Positions 9,988-20,448 of a stretch of DNA of 64,000 nucleotides are shown piece after piece. The DNA lies in assembly GCA_045535075.1 (NCBI GenBank), contig JAZSKX010000017.1, forward strand, positions 1 through 64,000, in the 5' to 3' direction. The translations under genes were made by a program, and so were the position numbers. Source of the stretch: Candidatus Spyradenecus sp. (lineage in GTDB: Bacteria; Verrucomicrobiota; Verrucomicrobiia; Opitutales; UBA953). Positions within the stretch are counted from its first letter, which is position 1, and the number at the start of each line of letters is the position of its first letter. Under the pieces are notes generated by a model. It did no database searches, was not told the DNA's origin, and saw only the letters and a list, made by a program, of their open reading frames with translations.

Positions 9988-12900
9988 TCAGTACAATTTA
10001 TCCGTTGCAACGCACAAAACGTCTTTCCCGCTCAAGAAGGCAATTTCTTTCGCCTGACGCTCCTCGGATTCCACGAAAAGCGTCGTTCTCTCGCGCGCCT
10101 TGTAAGCTTCCGCCTTGAACGCGGCATGGCAATTCGCCCGCCGACGCTCTTCCGCTGTCGCCATATTCAACATCACCAACTCGTCATACTGAACGCCGTG
10201 TTCCCGCAACCACGTCTCCGTCGGCTCGCGATACTTTTCGAGACGGCTGGTAACAATCGCTCGAATCTTGTAACTCGGGATATACAGCGGCTTTGCGTTT
10301 TTTATAAAATTCAGATACTTGGCTCCGTCGTCGTTTTCCTCCGGAGTCGGATCCGCACAAAGTACGCCGTCCATATCAAAACACGCACTTCCCGCTAAAG
10401 AATGATTTAAATAATTCCACTGCCAAACTCGCCGTCCGTCAACAAGCTCCAAGCAACAATCAAGCTTGTCCGCGCTCTCCGTTCGCCCGTAAACAGCCGC
10501 AAAAACAAACTCATACTTGCCGGCAACCGCCTTCAGCCGCTCTTTTGTCCGCGCCAACGCAGAGCCGCTAAAACAGGAATCATCAACAACCAAAACCTTG
10601 CGAATCGACATCGCCCCGACAGGACGCGCCCCGGTTGAAATCTCCGTATCGCTCAAAAATTCATCCAACGAGCAACAACGCTTGTTCATAAACAGCGCAA
10701 TCGTATAAGCCGGAATCATTCCCGAACGCGGGACGCCGACAACCAAATCCGCGTCCGCCGGCAGCTTATGCAGATTCGTGCGAATACAATGCGCTAAATC
10801 GCCGAAAGTACGAAACTCCAAGGAATTCGGCTTACACTTTTCCAACGCCGCATAGCTTTCAATCACCGAAGCCCGCAGAGCCTTTTGCGCCGACGCCAAA
10901 TTCGAAACCGCCGCCGTTTGCGACGACAGCCCCGCAGTCAACGCCGAACTCAAGCCGTCGAGTTCCCGCGAAAGCATTTCCGCGCGCTCCGCAAAAAACT
11001 TTTTCTGCGCATCCATCCTCGCAAGCTGTTCCCGCGAAACAACATCCGCGCGTTCCCGCACCTGATCAAGCTCGGTCTTAATATTCGCCGACAAGCCCTT
11101 CTGCGCACGGGCAATTTCCTGCTTCAACTCATTAAATCGCCGCTCCGACTGCGCTTGCGCGCCTTTAATCGCAGAAAGAATCTGTTGCGTCTGCCATTCC
11201 ATGTGGCGGATAATCCGCTTTTCCGTATGCGCCACTTTCGAACGCGACGCGGGAACGACTGCGTTGAATAAGCGCCGCAGCGGATTGCGTTCACGCTTCT
11301 TCTGTTTGCGCAGACGGCGTTCCTCCGGAGAAAGCGCATTCACGTCAACGCCGTTCTTCGGCGTCAAATCCATATGCCGCGCACGAAACGCCTTACGCTT
11401 CTTTTTAGAAAAAATAAACAGCGACACCACCCGCACGCCAAAACGCTTCAGTGCAGAGTCGCTCTTCGCACGTCCCCGCAGATTCACGTCAATCCCGTCG
11501 CGCGGAACAAGATTCAAATGCTTCGCACGAAACGCTTTACGTTTCGACTTCGAGAAAATAAACAACGCCGCGAAACGCACCGCAAAACGTTTCAACGCCG
11601 AGTCCCGACGCAGTTCCGGATGCGCATGAATATCGATTCCGTTTTTCGGCGTTAAATCCATGTGGCGTTCCCGCCAACGCTTCCGCGCCGCCTTGTTCCA
11701 AATAAACATCGCCCCAAGGCGAACCAACAATCGCGGAAGCTTTTTCGAGCATTCCGGAGTAGAAGCAACCACGGATGAACACGGTTTTTCACGGAGAGTG
11801 CTCGACGTTTCCCGTCCTGTATTCTTATCTGCAGGTTTCGGAATATAAATCCTTTCCAATTTGGGTAGAATCTGCGGGTACGCCTCTAAAACACGCCGTA
11901 AAGCTCTGTCGTTTTCGCCGTGAACATTCACTGTCTTCCACAGCCCGACTTCCTGTGTCCCGTCCGGATGCTTTAGTCGGAAAACACTCGGTGTAACACA
12001 AATTTTTGTTCCCGCGAGAACCGCCATCGCCCAAAACCAAATATCGTCCCCGTGCGGGCAAAGTTTTTGAAATTTTTCAATATCAAGAACATCTCCGTGC
12101 AGACAATTCGGAGGATATAGACAGCCTCCTCCTCCCGTTAAGAAATTATTAAACGATGCACGTTCCAGTTTAATTTCTTTTTTCCACATGGCATAAGGTG
12201 CAAGATCCCCTGCCGAATTAAACGAAATTTCGTGAGCTCTGTGTGTGTGAATGCAGTTAGGTGCTTTGAGGTAAGAGGAAACTAATTCTTCCAGCCATGT
12301 CGGTTCGAGAATCAGGTCGTCGTCGACAGTAACAAGCACGGCATCCGGAAACGCTTTCAGCGCAGGAATAAGCTTTTTGTATGATTTTAAATCCTCACAC
12401 CAACGAATTTCCAAGCCGCGATCCCGCAACGCAAGAAGCTCTTCGGGCAAATCTCCTTCTTTCTGCGGGAATTGAGAGTCCGCCAACCAAAGAACAATTC
12501 GATCCGCTTTCCACGTTTGAGAAAGTAATGTCTCAATCGTCAAATAAACCGTTTTGATGCGTGCAGGAAAGGAAGTAAGTGAAACAACTATTCGGAAAGA
12601 AGATTGGGACAAATGAGTCAAAAGTTTTACATCTATAGGTGCTAATTGAGCAGTAAGGACTCTTAACAAATCTTTGCTTTTTAATGCGGGGAAAAGAGAA
12701 ACAACATCACGCATTTTTTCACAAAAAACTCCTCCAGAAATATTCCCGCCAAAGCAGTATTTAAGTCTCCATTTTGCAATATTCCACAAACGCCAAATGA
12801 GAACATCCCCTTGCCTATCCATTAATCCTCTATCATTCCAAAAATCTCGAAGACTTGCACTCCCTTCAATAAATTCAAGCCAAGTCTTTTGAGGATCTCT

Positions 12901-14571
12901 TACAGTTTCGACAGATCCAACTCTCCCAAAGCAATAATGATAAAACTTATTTTCAATCCGCCGGAATTTCCGAACAAAAGGCATTACCTTCCATTGAAAA
13001 ATAGCATCCTCTCCTTTACGCAAATGGCCATCGAACGATAGATCAAGCTCTTCCAAAAATCTTCGATTGTAAATCTTGTTCCACAACACCGCGTGGAATC
13101 GTTGCTCCGTGAAAAATTTCCTCACTGGAACATCCATTTGCCATTCGACAAAGTCAAACGATCTCTGTTGAGAGCTAATGCTACTTGCTTCTGCCCCTCC
13201 CATATCCTCTACAATCGCCGAGCACTCGACGACATCTGCATTTATTTTCTGGGCTTCATCAAACAACGTCTCATACATTCGACAATTGACATAGTCATCC
13301 GAATCTACAAATCCGATGTAAATTCCTTTTGCAAGCCGCATTCCTATATTTCTAGCGGAAGCTTGACCTTGGTTTGGCTGAGAAACAATTTTTATCCGAG
13401 AATCTAAATTTGCGTAATCCTGTAAAATCTCCGCAGAACCATCTGTTGATCCGTCATTAACGCAAATAATTTCAATTTCTTTCAGTGTTTGCGCTCTGAC
13501 AGAATCAAGGCATCTCCGCAAATACGACTCAACATTGTAAACAGGGATAATGACCGACACTTTCACCTCAGGACTTTTCGGTTTCTGATTTAGAGGTGGC
13601 GTTGTCAAATTGCCGCGTTGGATAAAGTCTCCTGTAAATTTCAGCTCATTGCTCAAAAATACTTGCTCAATCTTCACACGAAAATCATTTGGGAGCTCGG
13701 GGAATTCGTTATAAATCATACCTAAAAAACGAATCGACGGGTTTTGCTTCAATTCGTACGAAACACTTCCCGCAAGAGCATATAGAAAGCTATTTTTAAA
13801 CTTCTCGTAAATTGACGCTGCGCACATACGAGATTTCAAATCTTTCCACGCTACAACATTAGTCTCTAAGAATTTTCCTCGTGTCGCAGAAATCGCCCCC
13901 TTTATCGCCCTACGATAGGAAAGAAGGGCTTCCGGCAAGATAGCAGTTCGCGATGACATGTAGAGAGCAAAAGAAACAAACGCAACGTCGTTAGAGCTCC
14001 GTGTTTCAGAAAACGTATTTCCGATAGACATCACAAACTCTCGCTTAAATAGCTTATTCCAAGGAGTAAAAGAAAAGCGCTCCACAGAGAAATCGACAAG
14101 CTCCGTCTCTGCAGAAAAAAGAGCCTGTGTCCTCAAGGCGATTTTAGGAGATCCAACCTTCCATATCCAATTCTTCTCTGGTGTACCTCCAAAGAAATTC
14201 CAAAAATCACAAACGACAATATCCGCATTAACCTCTTCCGCACGACGAACCATTTTTTCAAACATCGCTAGCTCGAAAAAATCATCCGAATCCAAAAAGC
14301 AAAGATACTTCCCGCGGGCGATTTTCATCCCGTTGTTACGGGCGACACCGGCGAATTGATTCTTTTGGTGCAGAATCGTAAATCGGGAATCCTTTGCCGC
14401 GTATTCTTCCAAAATTTGCGGAGTCGAATCCGTTGAGCCATCGTCAACGCAGATAATTTCAATCTCTTTCAACGTCTGATTGACGACGGAATCAAGGCAT
14501 TCCCGCAGGTATTTTTCGACGTTGTAACAGGGAATAATGACAGAGACTTTGACTGGTAATTCGTTGGTCAT
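9988..14571 (-). CDS. Giant multidomain glycosyltransferase: GT2-GT2-GT-like-basic repeats-coiled coil-PRTase-HAD
   Basis: Two VSVIIP.YN...DDGSTD/NDGSTD...DSDD domains; VSLTSFPARI...TVDDD domain; VLVVDDSCFSG PRPP-loop; CFDMDGVLC HAD motif I. Confidence 0.85.
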   Translation of the reverse strand: MTNELPVKVSVIIPCYNVEKYLRECLDSVVNQTLKEIEIICVDDGSTDSTPQILEEYAAKDSRFTILHQKNQFAGVARNNGMKIARGKYLCFLDSDDFFELAMFEKMVRRAEEVNADIVVCDFWNFFGGTPEKNWIWKVGSPKIALRTQALFSAETELVDFSVERFSFTPWNKLFKREFVMSIGNTFSETRSSNDVAFVSFALYMSSRTAILPEALLSYRRAIKGAISATRGKFLETNVVAWKDLKSRMCAASIYEKFKNSFLYALAGSVSYELKQNPSIRFLGMIYNEFPELPNDFRVKIEQVFLSNELKFTGDFIQRGNLTTPPLNQKPKSPEVKVSVIIPVYNVESYLRRCLDSVRAQTLKEIEIICVNDGSTDGSAEILQDYANLDSRIKIVSQPNQGQASARNIGMRLAKGIYIGFVDSDDYVNCRMYETLFDEAQKINADVVECSAIVEDMGGAEASSISSQQRSFDFVEWQMDVPVRKFFTEQRFHAVLWNKIYNRRFLEELDLSFDGHLRKGEDAIFQWKVMPFVRKFRRIENKFYHYCFGRVGSVETVRDPQKTWLEFIEGSASLRDFWNDRGLMDRQGDVLIWRLWNIAKWRLKYCFGGNISGGVFCEKMRDVVSLFPALKSKDLLRVLTAQLAPIDVKLLTHLSQSSFRIVVSLTSFPARIKTVYLTIETLLSQTWKADRIVLWLADSQFPQKEGDLPEELLALRDRGLEIRWCEDLKSYKKLIPALKAFPDAVLVTVDDDLILEPTWLEELVSSYLKAPNCIHTHRAHEISFNSAGDLAPYAMWKKEIKLERASFNNFLTGGGGCLYPPNCLHGDVLDIEKFQKLCPHGDDIWFWAMAVLAGTKICVTPSVFRLKHPDGTQEVGLWKTVNVHGENDRALRRVLEAYPQILPKLERIYIPKPADKNTGRETSSTLREKPCSSVVASTPECSKKLPRLLVRLGAMFIWNKAARKRWRERHMDLTPKNGIDIHAHPELRRDSALKRFAVRFAALFIFSKSKRKAFRAKHLNLVPRDGIDVNLRGRAKSDSALKRFGVRVVSLFIFSKKKRKAFRARHMDLTPKNGVDVNALSPEERRLRKQKKRERNPLRRLFNAVVPASRSKVAHTEKRIIRHMEWQTQQILSAIKGAQAQSERRFNELKQEIARAQKGLSANIKTELDQVRERADVVSREQLARMDAQKKFFAERAEMLSRELDGLSSALTAGLSSQTAAVSNLASAQKALRASVIESYAALEKCKPNSLEFRTFGDLAHCIRTNLHKLPADADLVVGVPRSGMIPAYTIALFMNKRCCSLDEFLSDTEISTGARPVGAMSIRKVLVVDDSCFSGSALARTKERLKAVAGKYEFVFAAVYGRTESADKLDCCLELVDGRRVWQWNYLNHSLAGSACFDMDGVLCADPTPEENDDGAKYLNFIKNAKPLYIPSYKIRAIVTSRLEKYREPTETWLREHGVQYDELVMLNMATAEERRRANCHAAFKAEAYKARERTTLFVESEERQAKEIAFLSGKDVLCVATDKLY

Positions 14572-14820
14572 GAGAAAGGTGTTTTGCGGGTTTAGCCGCG
14601 AGGTTAAAAGTTAGTTAATAGGGAACGGAAAAGGAGCGTAGCAATGACTCGGACGTTAAACCATTTCGCGCCTTTAATCAAGTTGAAGGCAATCACAAAA
14701 GCGACATCCTCTCGCAGAGAACGCCGAGTACGCAAAGATTTCGTTCCCGGCGCTCTTTGCAGACTCTGCGAGAGAAATAAGTCGCGGGAACGCGGAAACC
14801 AGAGCCTCCGAATTCCCGCT

Positions 14821-15813
14821 TTATTTGCCGGGATAGAGCATTTCCATAAGTTCTTTGTAGGCGTTTTGCTCCCATGCAGGAAATCGGGCGCAAACGTCTT
14901 CCGGAAGCCGTCGGGCAAAAAATCCGTTGCGTTCCCGCAACATCGCCTTAATCGCCGAAGCATTCTCCGAATCAGCTCTCTTCAAATACCACAGCGAATT
15001 GCAAACCGCCATCATTACAAACGATGCATTAAACGCCCCATCCGTTTTCTCGCACAAAAACGTATTTAAGGCTTCCTGTGCCTCGATAAAATCGGTCGGC
15101 GATTTTTCAAAACTTTCCTGAAGGCTTTTCCCTTTTCCGGTTCTGCGATAAAAGACCAGATATTTTTTCAAATAAGCGATTTTTTCAGCGATCGCCATTG
15201 CCGCGAAAACAAAATAGATGTCGTTGCTTGAACGCGTCTCGGAGAATTTCAGTTTGTTTTCTTCGACAAACGAACGCCGGAAAAGTTTGTTCCACGGCAC
15301 CCCCCACCCGAGTTGAAAAAGGCGTCCGCAAATCGCGTGCGGGAAGAGCAATTTTTTCTCCCAAAACCTGTGCTTCGGGAGCAATGAAAAATCCCAAATG
15401 CCTTTTGACATTTCTTTTTGCTTCAGCGAATCGGAAAAGACGTATCCGCCCCAAACCACGATATCCGCCGAATATTTTTCGGCTCGCTTAAAGGCTTTTT
15501 CGAGCATTGTTCTGTCAAAAACATCGTCGGCATCGAGGAAACAAAGATATTTTCCGCGTGCGATTTTCATGCCGTTGTTGCGGGCGACCCCGGCGAACTG
15601 ATTTTTTTGCCGCAGAATTTTAAGGCGGGAATCTCTCGCGGCGTATTCCTCCAATATTTGCGGCGACAAGTCCGTCGAACCGTCATCAACGCAAATAATT
15701 TCGATTGTTCTAAGGGTCTGATTGACGACGGAATCAAGGCATTCACGCAGATATTTTTCCGCGTTATAAACGGGAATAATGACAGAAATTTCGGCTGAAG
15801 GATCGTGTGTCAC
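14821..15813 (-). CDS. GT2 family glycosyltransferase
   Basis: ISVIIPVYN, DDGSTD, FLDADD and PWNKLFR motifs; GTG start. Confidence 0.92.
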   Translation of the reverse strand: MTHDPSAEISVIIPVYNAEKYLRECLDSVVNQTLRTIEIICVDDGSTDLSPQILEEYAARDSRLKILRQKNQFAGVARNNGMKIARGKYLCFLDADDVFDRTMLEKAFKRAEKYSADIVVWGGYVFSDSLKQKEMSKGIWDFSLLPKHRFWEKKLLFPHAICGRLFQLGWGVPWNKLFRRSFVEENKLKFSETRSSNDIYFVFAAMAIAEKIAYLKKYLVFYRRTGKGKSLQESFEKSPTDFIEAQEALNTFLCEKTDGAFNASFVMMAVCNSLWYLKRADSENASAIKAMLRERNGFFARRLPEDVCARFPAWEQNAYKELMEMLYPGK

Positions 15814-15983
15814 GAAAAAGTAATTGGCGTAAATCCGGGAAGAGCTTGAGCGGGTTTATCTCCGATGATTTCGAAACGATAAATCATTTCGTTCCCGCGT
15901 TCAAGCAAGCACAGGCATTGCGCTACGGGAACGTCAGGCGGCTTCGTGTTTTGCCTTCGGCGATTTTGTTGTGCTGCCCTTTT

Positions 15984-17096
15984 CTATTTTCTGCCGACTG
16001 CGAGAATTTTTTGCGACATGCCGGCTTTCTCGAAATAGCGTTCCCGTCGTTCTCCGCAGGCAAAATATTTGAGAAGCGAATATTTTAGCGCGGAGAATCG
16101 GGTAATCCATTTATCGAAAAAAGAAGCTTCGCCGAGAATGATGCGCGTGCAGGCGCGATCCTGTTCCGTGATAAGATTTGCGATAAGCTCCTTGCGTTCC
16201 CGCAACGGGAAAAGTTCGTCGAACGATTCGTACAGGCGTTTTTTGCAGGCGACAACCGTAGGCGTCGGGCTAATTCCGAGCGATTTCAGCAAATCGTGAA
16301 TATGCGCGACGACGCCTTCCTTGAGCAACTCCCTCGGTAAACCTTGTTCCCGCATACGCCGCAAAATCATTGCGCCCTGCTCAATATTATCGGCGAGATG
16401 CTTTCCTTTGGACGCGATGGTTGAATTCGGATTCAAGCAGTAGCGGTAAAGCGGCTCGTCGAGAATACCGACGCGTTCGGCAAGCGAAAACGCAAAGAAG
16501 AAAAACGGACGATCCTCGAAAAAGATTTTTTCCGGAAAGCGCAACTTGTTTTCTTCGAGAAACGCACGGGAATAGAACGTTCCCCAACAGGAGCAAGGCA
16601 TCCGCCAAAAAAGCTCCGGCGAACAATCTTTCCACGAAAAACATGTTTGCGGAAATCCGAGCGGAAGGAATTTGGAAAAATCGTGATAACTCCAACGATG
16701 CTCCCGTCCGTTCTGCTCAACGCGAACGCAGGAAAACATCAACATGTCAAGCGTTCCCGCGCGGGCGGTTTCATAAAGTTTTTCCAATGCGCCGGGAGCA
16801 AATGTATCGTCGGCATCGAGAAACGCGACATACTCGCCGCGCGCATGATTAAGCGCGCGATTGCGTGCGGCTCCCTGCTTGGCGTTTGCCTGAGAAAAAA
16901 CGCGAATTTTCGGATTTTTTTCCGCGTATTCCCGCAGGAGCTTCAGCGATCCGTCCGTCGATCCGTCGTCGACGCAGAGGATTTCGATTTCTCGGAGGGA
17001 CTGAGCCGAAACACTGTCGAGGCAAGTCGGCAGAAACGTTTCCGCGTTGTACACGGGAATGATAACGGAAACTTTGACTGGAGATTCTTCTGTCAT
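15984..17096 (-). CDS. GT2 family glycosyltransferase
   Basis: VSVIIPVYN, DDGSTDGS, FLDADD and FFED motifs. Confidence 0.92.
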   Translation of the reverse strand: MTEESPVKVSVIIPVYNAETFLPTCLDSVSAQSLREIEILCVDDGSTDGSLKLLREYAEKNPKIRVFSQANAKQGAARNRALNHARGEYVAFLDADDTFAPGALEKLYETARAGTLDMLMFSCVRVEQNGREHRWSYHDFSKFLPLGFPQTCFSWKDCSPELFWRMPCSCWGTFYSRAFLEENKLRFPEKIFFEDRPFFFFAFSLAERVGILDEPLYRYCLNPNSTIASKGKHLADNIEQGAMILRRMREQGLPRELLKEGVVAHIHDLLKSLGISPTPTVVACKKRLYESFDELFPLRERKELIANLITEQDRACTRIILGEASFFDKWITRFSALKYSLLKYFACGERRERYFEKAGMSQKILAVGRK

Positions 17097-17191
17097 GGAA
17101 AACGCGGATTGCTCAAGTTAAGCTTATGGGGGATGCTAAACCTTTTTGCCTGCCCTTTCAAGTAAGTCGAATCTCTCCGAATCTCCCCGGG

Positions 17192-17230
17192 AAAACAAAA
17201 AACGCTCCCGGGCGGGAGCGTTTTTGTTTT
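17192..17230. terminator. Bidirectional intrinsic terminator
   Basis: AAAACAAAAAACGCTCCCG-GG-CGGGAGCGTTTTTGTTTT; uses the CGCTCCCG motif variant. Confidence 0.8.
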
Positions 17231-17240
17231 GGAAGCCGAA

Positions 17241-18587
17241 TTAGCGCACTTTGCCGAATACTTCGTAGTATTCAGAAAGATTGTAGCGCCCGGAGCCGCT
17301 GATGCCCCATTCCGGAATGTCGTCCGAACCTTCCAAAGAGAACATCGGGAAGCTGTCATCGTTGTCGCGCCCCTTTTTCTGAATGCCGAGACACGCTCCC
17401 GCGAGACCGCCGGCGGCTTCGCCGAACGCCACTTGAATGCGGTAGCGGCGCTGTTTTTTCAGCTTCAGCCAATGTCCCTTGTAAATGGATGTACGCTGCC
17501 CGCGATTCGCGAGATTGGAACCGTCTTTTCCGCCTTTTCCGCAGTGATTCTTCGGCTCCCATTCGTCATGGCATTTTACCGCAGGTCCGTGACCTTCGCC
17601 CGGCCAATACGCGTAGAGAACCGTTTTGCGGTCAACACCGACGATCAGCGCATCGTCGCCCATGCCGACAAAGCGATATTCGCCGTCTTCGGGAACGCTA
17701 AAATAGCCTTCGTAGTAGCAAAGCCATCCCGGAGCCTTGAAAGGAATTTGTCCCTTATCGTCCTTGAACGCTTCGGTTGCGAGGTTCGCGTTCAGCGCCT
17801 GCCCGGTTTCATTAACGATGAAGATTCGGGCGTTATACAGCGTCGTCGGAGCTTTGTAATAAAGATCTTCCAACTTCTTGGCGTCCCAGCGATTTGAATC
17901 CAAAACTCCCATCGCCTTGTGAAGTTGCTCTTTACGGCGCGCTTGGTCATTCGGAGCAACCGTCCCCAACGTCGTCCCCTGTTTCCCGCGTTTGAGGTCG
18001 TATAAATACCCCTTCATGATACGGTTGTTCTTGATGCGGGAACCGAAGCCGGAGACAAGATTTTTTCCGCCGCCGACACCCATTCCTTTTCCGGTGCCGA
18101 CACCGCCGCCGGAACCGCCGCCGAAACCGGAGGAATCGCCGCCGGCGCTCATTCCGGACGAGAACGACGAACTCATCGCAACCGCCGGCATCTCCGGCAA
18201 GGCGATCGTTGAGTTAGAACTTTTCGACGTAATACGCGCCTTGGACTGCACCATGTTTTGGCGCGGTTTCATGCGGTGTTGCTGCATGCGCGCGTTATTA
18301 CCGTTGTTCCCGCCGCCGGCTCCGGTAACAAAGGCCTCGGGTTCTTCAACATCTACTTTAACGATATGGCGCACGACAAGGAAAAGCGCGATAACCAGCA
18401 AAACGCCGTGAAATACCAACGAAAACATGAAGCCGGGACCGCCGAAATCTTTCCAGGAAAACTTCTTTTTGTGGCGCTTCAGCGGGTCCATACTCCGGCT
18501 ATCGTCTTCCGGCTCGTTGCTTTTTAAGACAGGGACTTCGGCAACTTCTTCAATCGCCGTTGTGTCGGATGCTTGTTCTTCGTTCAT
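17241..18587 (-). CDS. Membrane-anchored protein with Gly-rich linker and PA14-like C-terminal domain
   Basis: SLVFH-containing TM helix, Gly/Ser-rich linker, YEGYF.VPEDGEYRFVGMGDD PA14-like motif. Confidence 0.65.
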   Translation of the reverse strand: MNEEQASDTTAIEEVAEVPVLKSNEPEDDSRSMDPLKRHKKKFSWKDFGGPGFMFSLVFHGVLLVIALFLVVRHIVKVDVEEPEAFVTGAGGGNNGNNARMQQHRMKPRQNMVQSKARITSKSSNSTIALPEMPAVAMSSSFSSGMSAGGDSSGFGGGSGGGVGTGKGMGVGGGKNLVSGFGSRIKNNRIMKGYLYDLKRGKQGTTLGTVAPNDQARRKEQLHKAMGVLDSNRWDAKKLEDLYYKAPTTLYNARIFIVNETGQALNANLATEAFKDDKGQIPFKAPGWLCYYEGYFSVPEDGEYRFVGMGDDALIVGVDRKTVLYAYWPGEGHGPAVKCHDEWEPKNHCGKGGKDGSNLANRGQRTSIYKGHWLKLKKQRRYRIQVAFGEAAGGLAGACLGIQKKGRDNDDSFPMFSLEGSDDIPEWGISGSGRYNLSEYYEVFGKVR

Positions 18588-18693
18588 CGTTATTACGAGA
18601 TTAGGGGTGAAAATTTCGAGTTTGGGGGATTCTCAAAAAAAAAGGAGTTGTTTTCAACCCCTTTTTTTCGTGTTCATCAACTTGCGAAAGCAC

Positions 18694-19917
18694 TCAAATT
18701 TTCACGGGAACGTCGAGCCCGAACGCGGTGTGAATAACGCGCACGGCTTCGTCCGCGCATTCCGGCGCGACGGCGACGGAGATTTTGATTTCGGAGGTTG
18801 TAATCAATTCGCTGTTGATGTTTGCGTCTGCGAGTGCGCGGAAGAGCGTTCCCGCAACACCCGGATGCGATGTCATCCCGACGCCGACAATGGACACCTT
18901 GGCGATTTCACCGGAGGAACGGAACGTCCCCGAGCCGAGGCGCTTGAGCACGTCGCCGATAACTTTTTCGGCGCGTTGCACTTGGTCGGTTACGACGGAA
19001 AATGTCAGATTCGCGACACCCTTGGCGAGATTCTTAACAATCATATCGACGCTGACGGAGGCTTCTCCGAGCGCATCGAAAATTGCGGAAATCGCCTGAG
19101 GCGTATCGGGCAAATCGCCGACGGTAACGCGCGTTTGTGTGCGATCGAGCGCGACGCCGGAAACGACGGCGTCTTCCATGGTTTTTTCAAATGATTTCAC
19201 GATAGTTCCGGGTTGGTTGTTAAAGGAGGAGCGTACTTCAAACGTAACGCCGTATTTTTGAGCAAATTCGACGGAGCGCGACTGCATGACTTTGGAGCCG
19301 CTCGACGCGAGTTCGAGCATTTCTTCGTAGCAGATACGTTCCAATTTTCGTGCGGGAAGCACAATACGCGGATCGGCGGTGTAAACCCCGTCCACATCCG
19401 TATAAATTTGGCAAATATCCGCTTTAATTGCAGCGGCAAGTGCAATTGCCGTCAGGTCGCTCCCGCCGCGCCCGAGCGTTGTAATTTCGTTTTCCGAAGA
19501 AAGCCCTTGGAAGCCGGCAACGATGACGACTTTGCCCTCCTCAAGACGGTCGAGAATATCTCCGCCGGTGAGCTTGGCGATTTGCGCGCGCGAATGCGAC
19601 GTATCGGTAATGATTCCCGCTTGCGCTCCCGTGCGCGAAACCGCGGGAACGCCGATTGCGTGAAGCGCCATTGCCGTCAGTGCGATTGTTTCCTGTTCTC
19701 CGGTCGCGAGCATCATATCCATTTCACGCTCGCTCGGATTCGGACAAATTGATTTGGCACGCGCAATCAGTTCGTTCGTTACACCGCTGCGAGCGGAAAC
19801 AACGACAACGACTTTGTCGCCGCGATCCCAAAAGCTTTTAATTTTTGCCGCAACATTTTTGATGCGGTCGACATTGCCGACGGAAGTTCCGCCGTATTTT
19901 TGAACAATGAGTGCCAT
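18694..19917 (-). CDS. lysC: Aspartate kinase
   Basis: VQKYGGTSVG, TTLGRGGSD and TDVDGVYTADPR motifs; two ACT domains. Confidence 0.97.
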   Translation of the reverse strand: MALIVQKYGGTSVGNVDRIKNVAAKIKSFWDRGDKVVVVVSARSGVTNELIARAKSICPNPSEREMDMMLATGEQETIALTAMALHAIGVPAVSRTGAQAGIITDTSHSRAQIAKLTGGDILDRLEEGKVVIVAGFQGLSSENEITTLGRGGSDLTAIALAAAIKADICQIYTDVDGVYTADPRIVLPARKLERICYEEMLELASSGSKVMQSRSVEFAQKYGVTFEVRSSFNNQPGTIVKSFEKTMEDAVVSGVALDRTQTRVTVGDLPDTPQAISAIFDALGEASVSVDMIVKNLAKGVANLTFSVVTDQVQRAEKVIGDVLKRLGSGTFRSSGEIAKVSIVGVGMTSHPGVAGTLFRALADANINSELITTSEIKISVAVAPECADEAVRVIHTAFGLDVPVKI

Positions 19918-20112
19918 TTTGTGAAAATTAGGGAGGAATATAATCCCTTTTGCCGCTTAAATCAAACAAAGAAGCAAGCCGATGCGCGGCGCGTTCCCGC
20001 CGCAGAATAAAGCTTGCCGAACAATCATTTTGCAGAAATATTAAAGATGCTTCGCGCCGGATTGAATTCGAGCGCAAAGACAAATTCAATAACTATCCAA
20101 CATCCAATACCA

Positions 20113-20433
20113 ATGAAAAAATACATCCTCCTCTCCGCTGCGGCTCTGCTCGCCGCTCTCGCTTCCGGTTGCGCCGGCTCCTATCCGCGCGGAACCTTCA
20201 TCACGGACATCACGGTTCCGCTCGCCGTTACCGAAGCTCCCTCGAAGGCTGACACGCTCAAAGTCGGCAAATCGCAATGCAAAGACTTCTTCTCCCTTGT
20301 TGCGTTCGGCGATGCTTCCATCAACGCCGCGATGAAAAGCGCCAACATCTCGAAAGTACACTACGTTGACTGGAAAGCTTACAACGTCCTCGGGATCACC
20401 GGCACTTACGAATGCACGGTTTACGGCGAATAA
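20113..20433 (+). CDS. TRL-like family lipoprotein
   Basis: Lipobox LASGC; KVG...C...LVAFGDASI..A....I..V..VD pattern. Confidence 0.75.
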   Translation: MKKYILLSAAALLAALASGCAGSYPRGTFITDITVPLAVTEAPSKADTLKVGKSQCKDFFSLVAFGDASINAAMKSANISKVHYVDWKAYNVLGITGTYECTVYGE

Positions 20434-20448
20434 TCCGTTCCCGCGCAG

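Noticed and set aside
14604..14963. 119-aa ORF overlapping the GT2 3' end
   Set aside because: It overlaps a real gene in another frame, crosses a hairpin and has no recognisable motifs.
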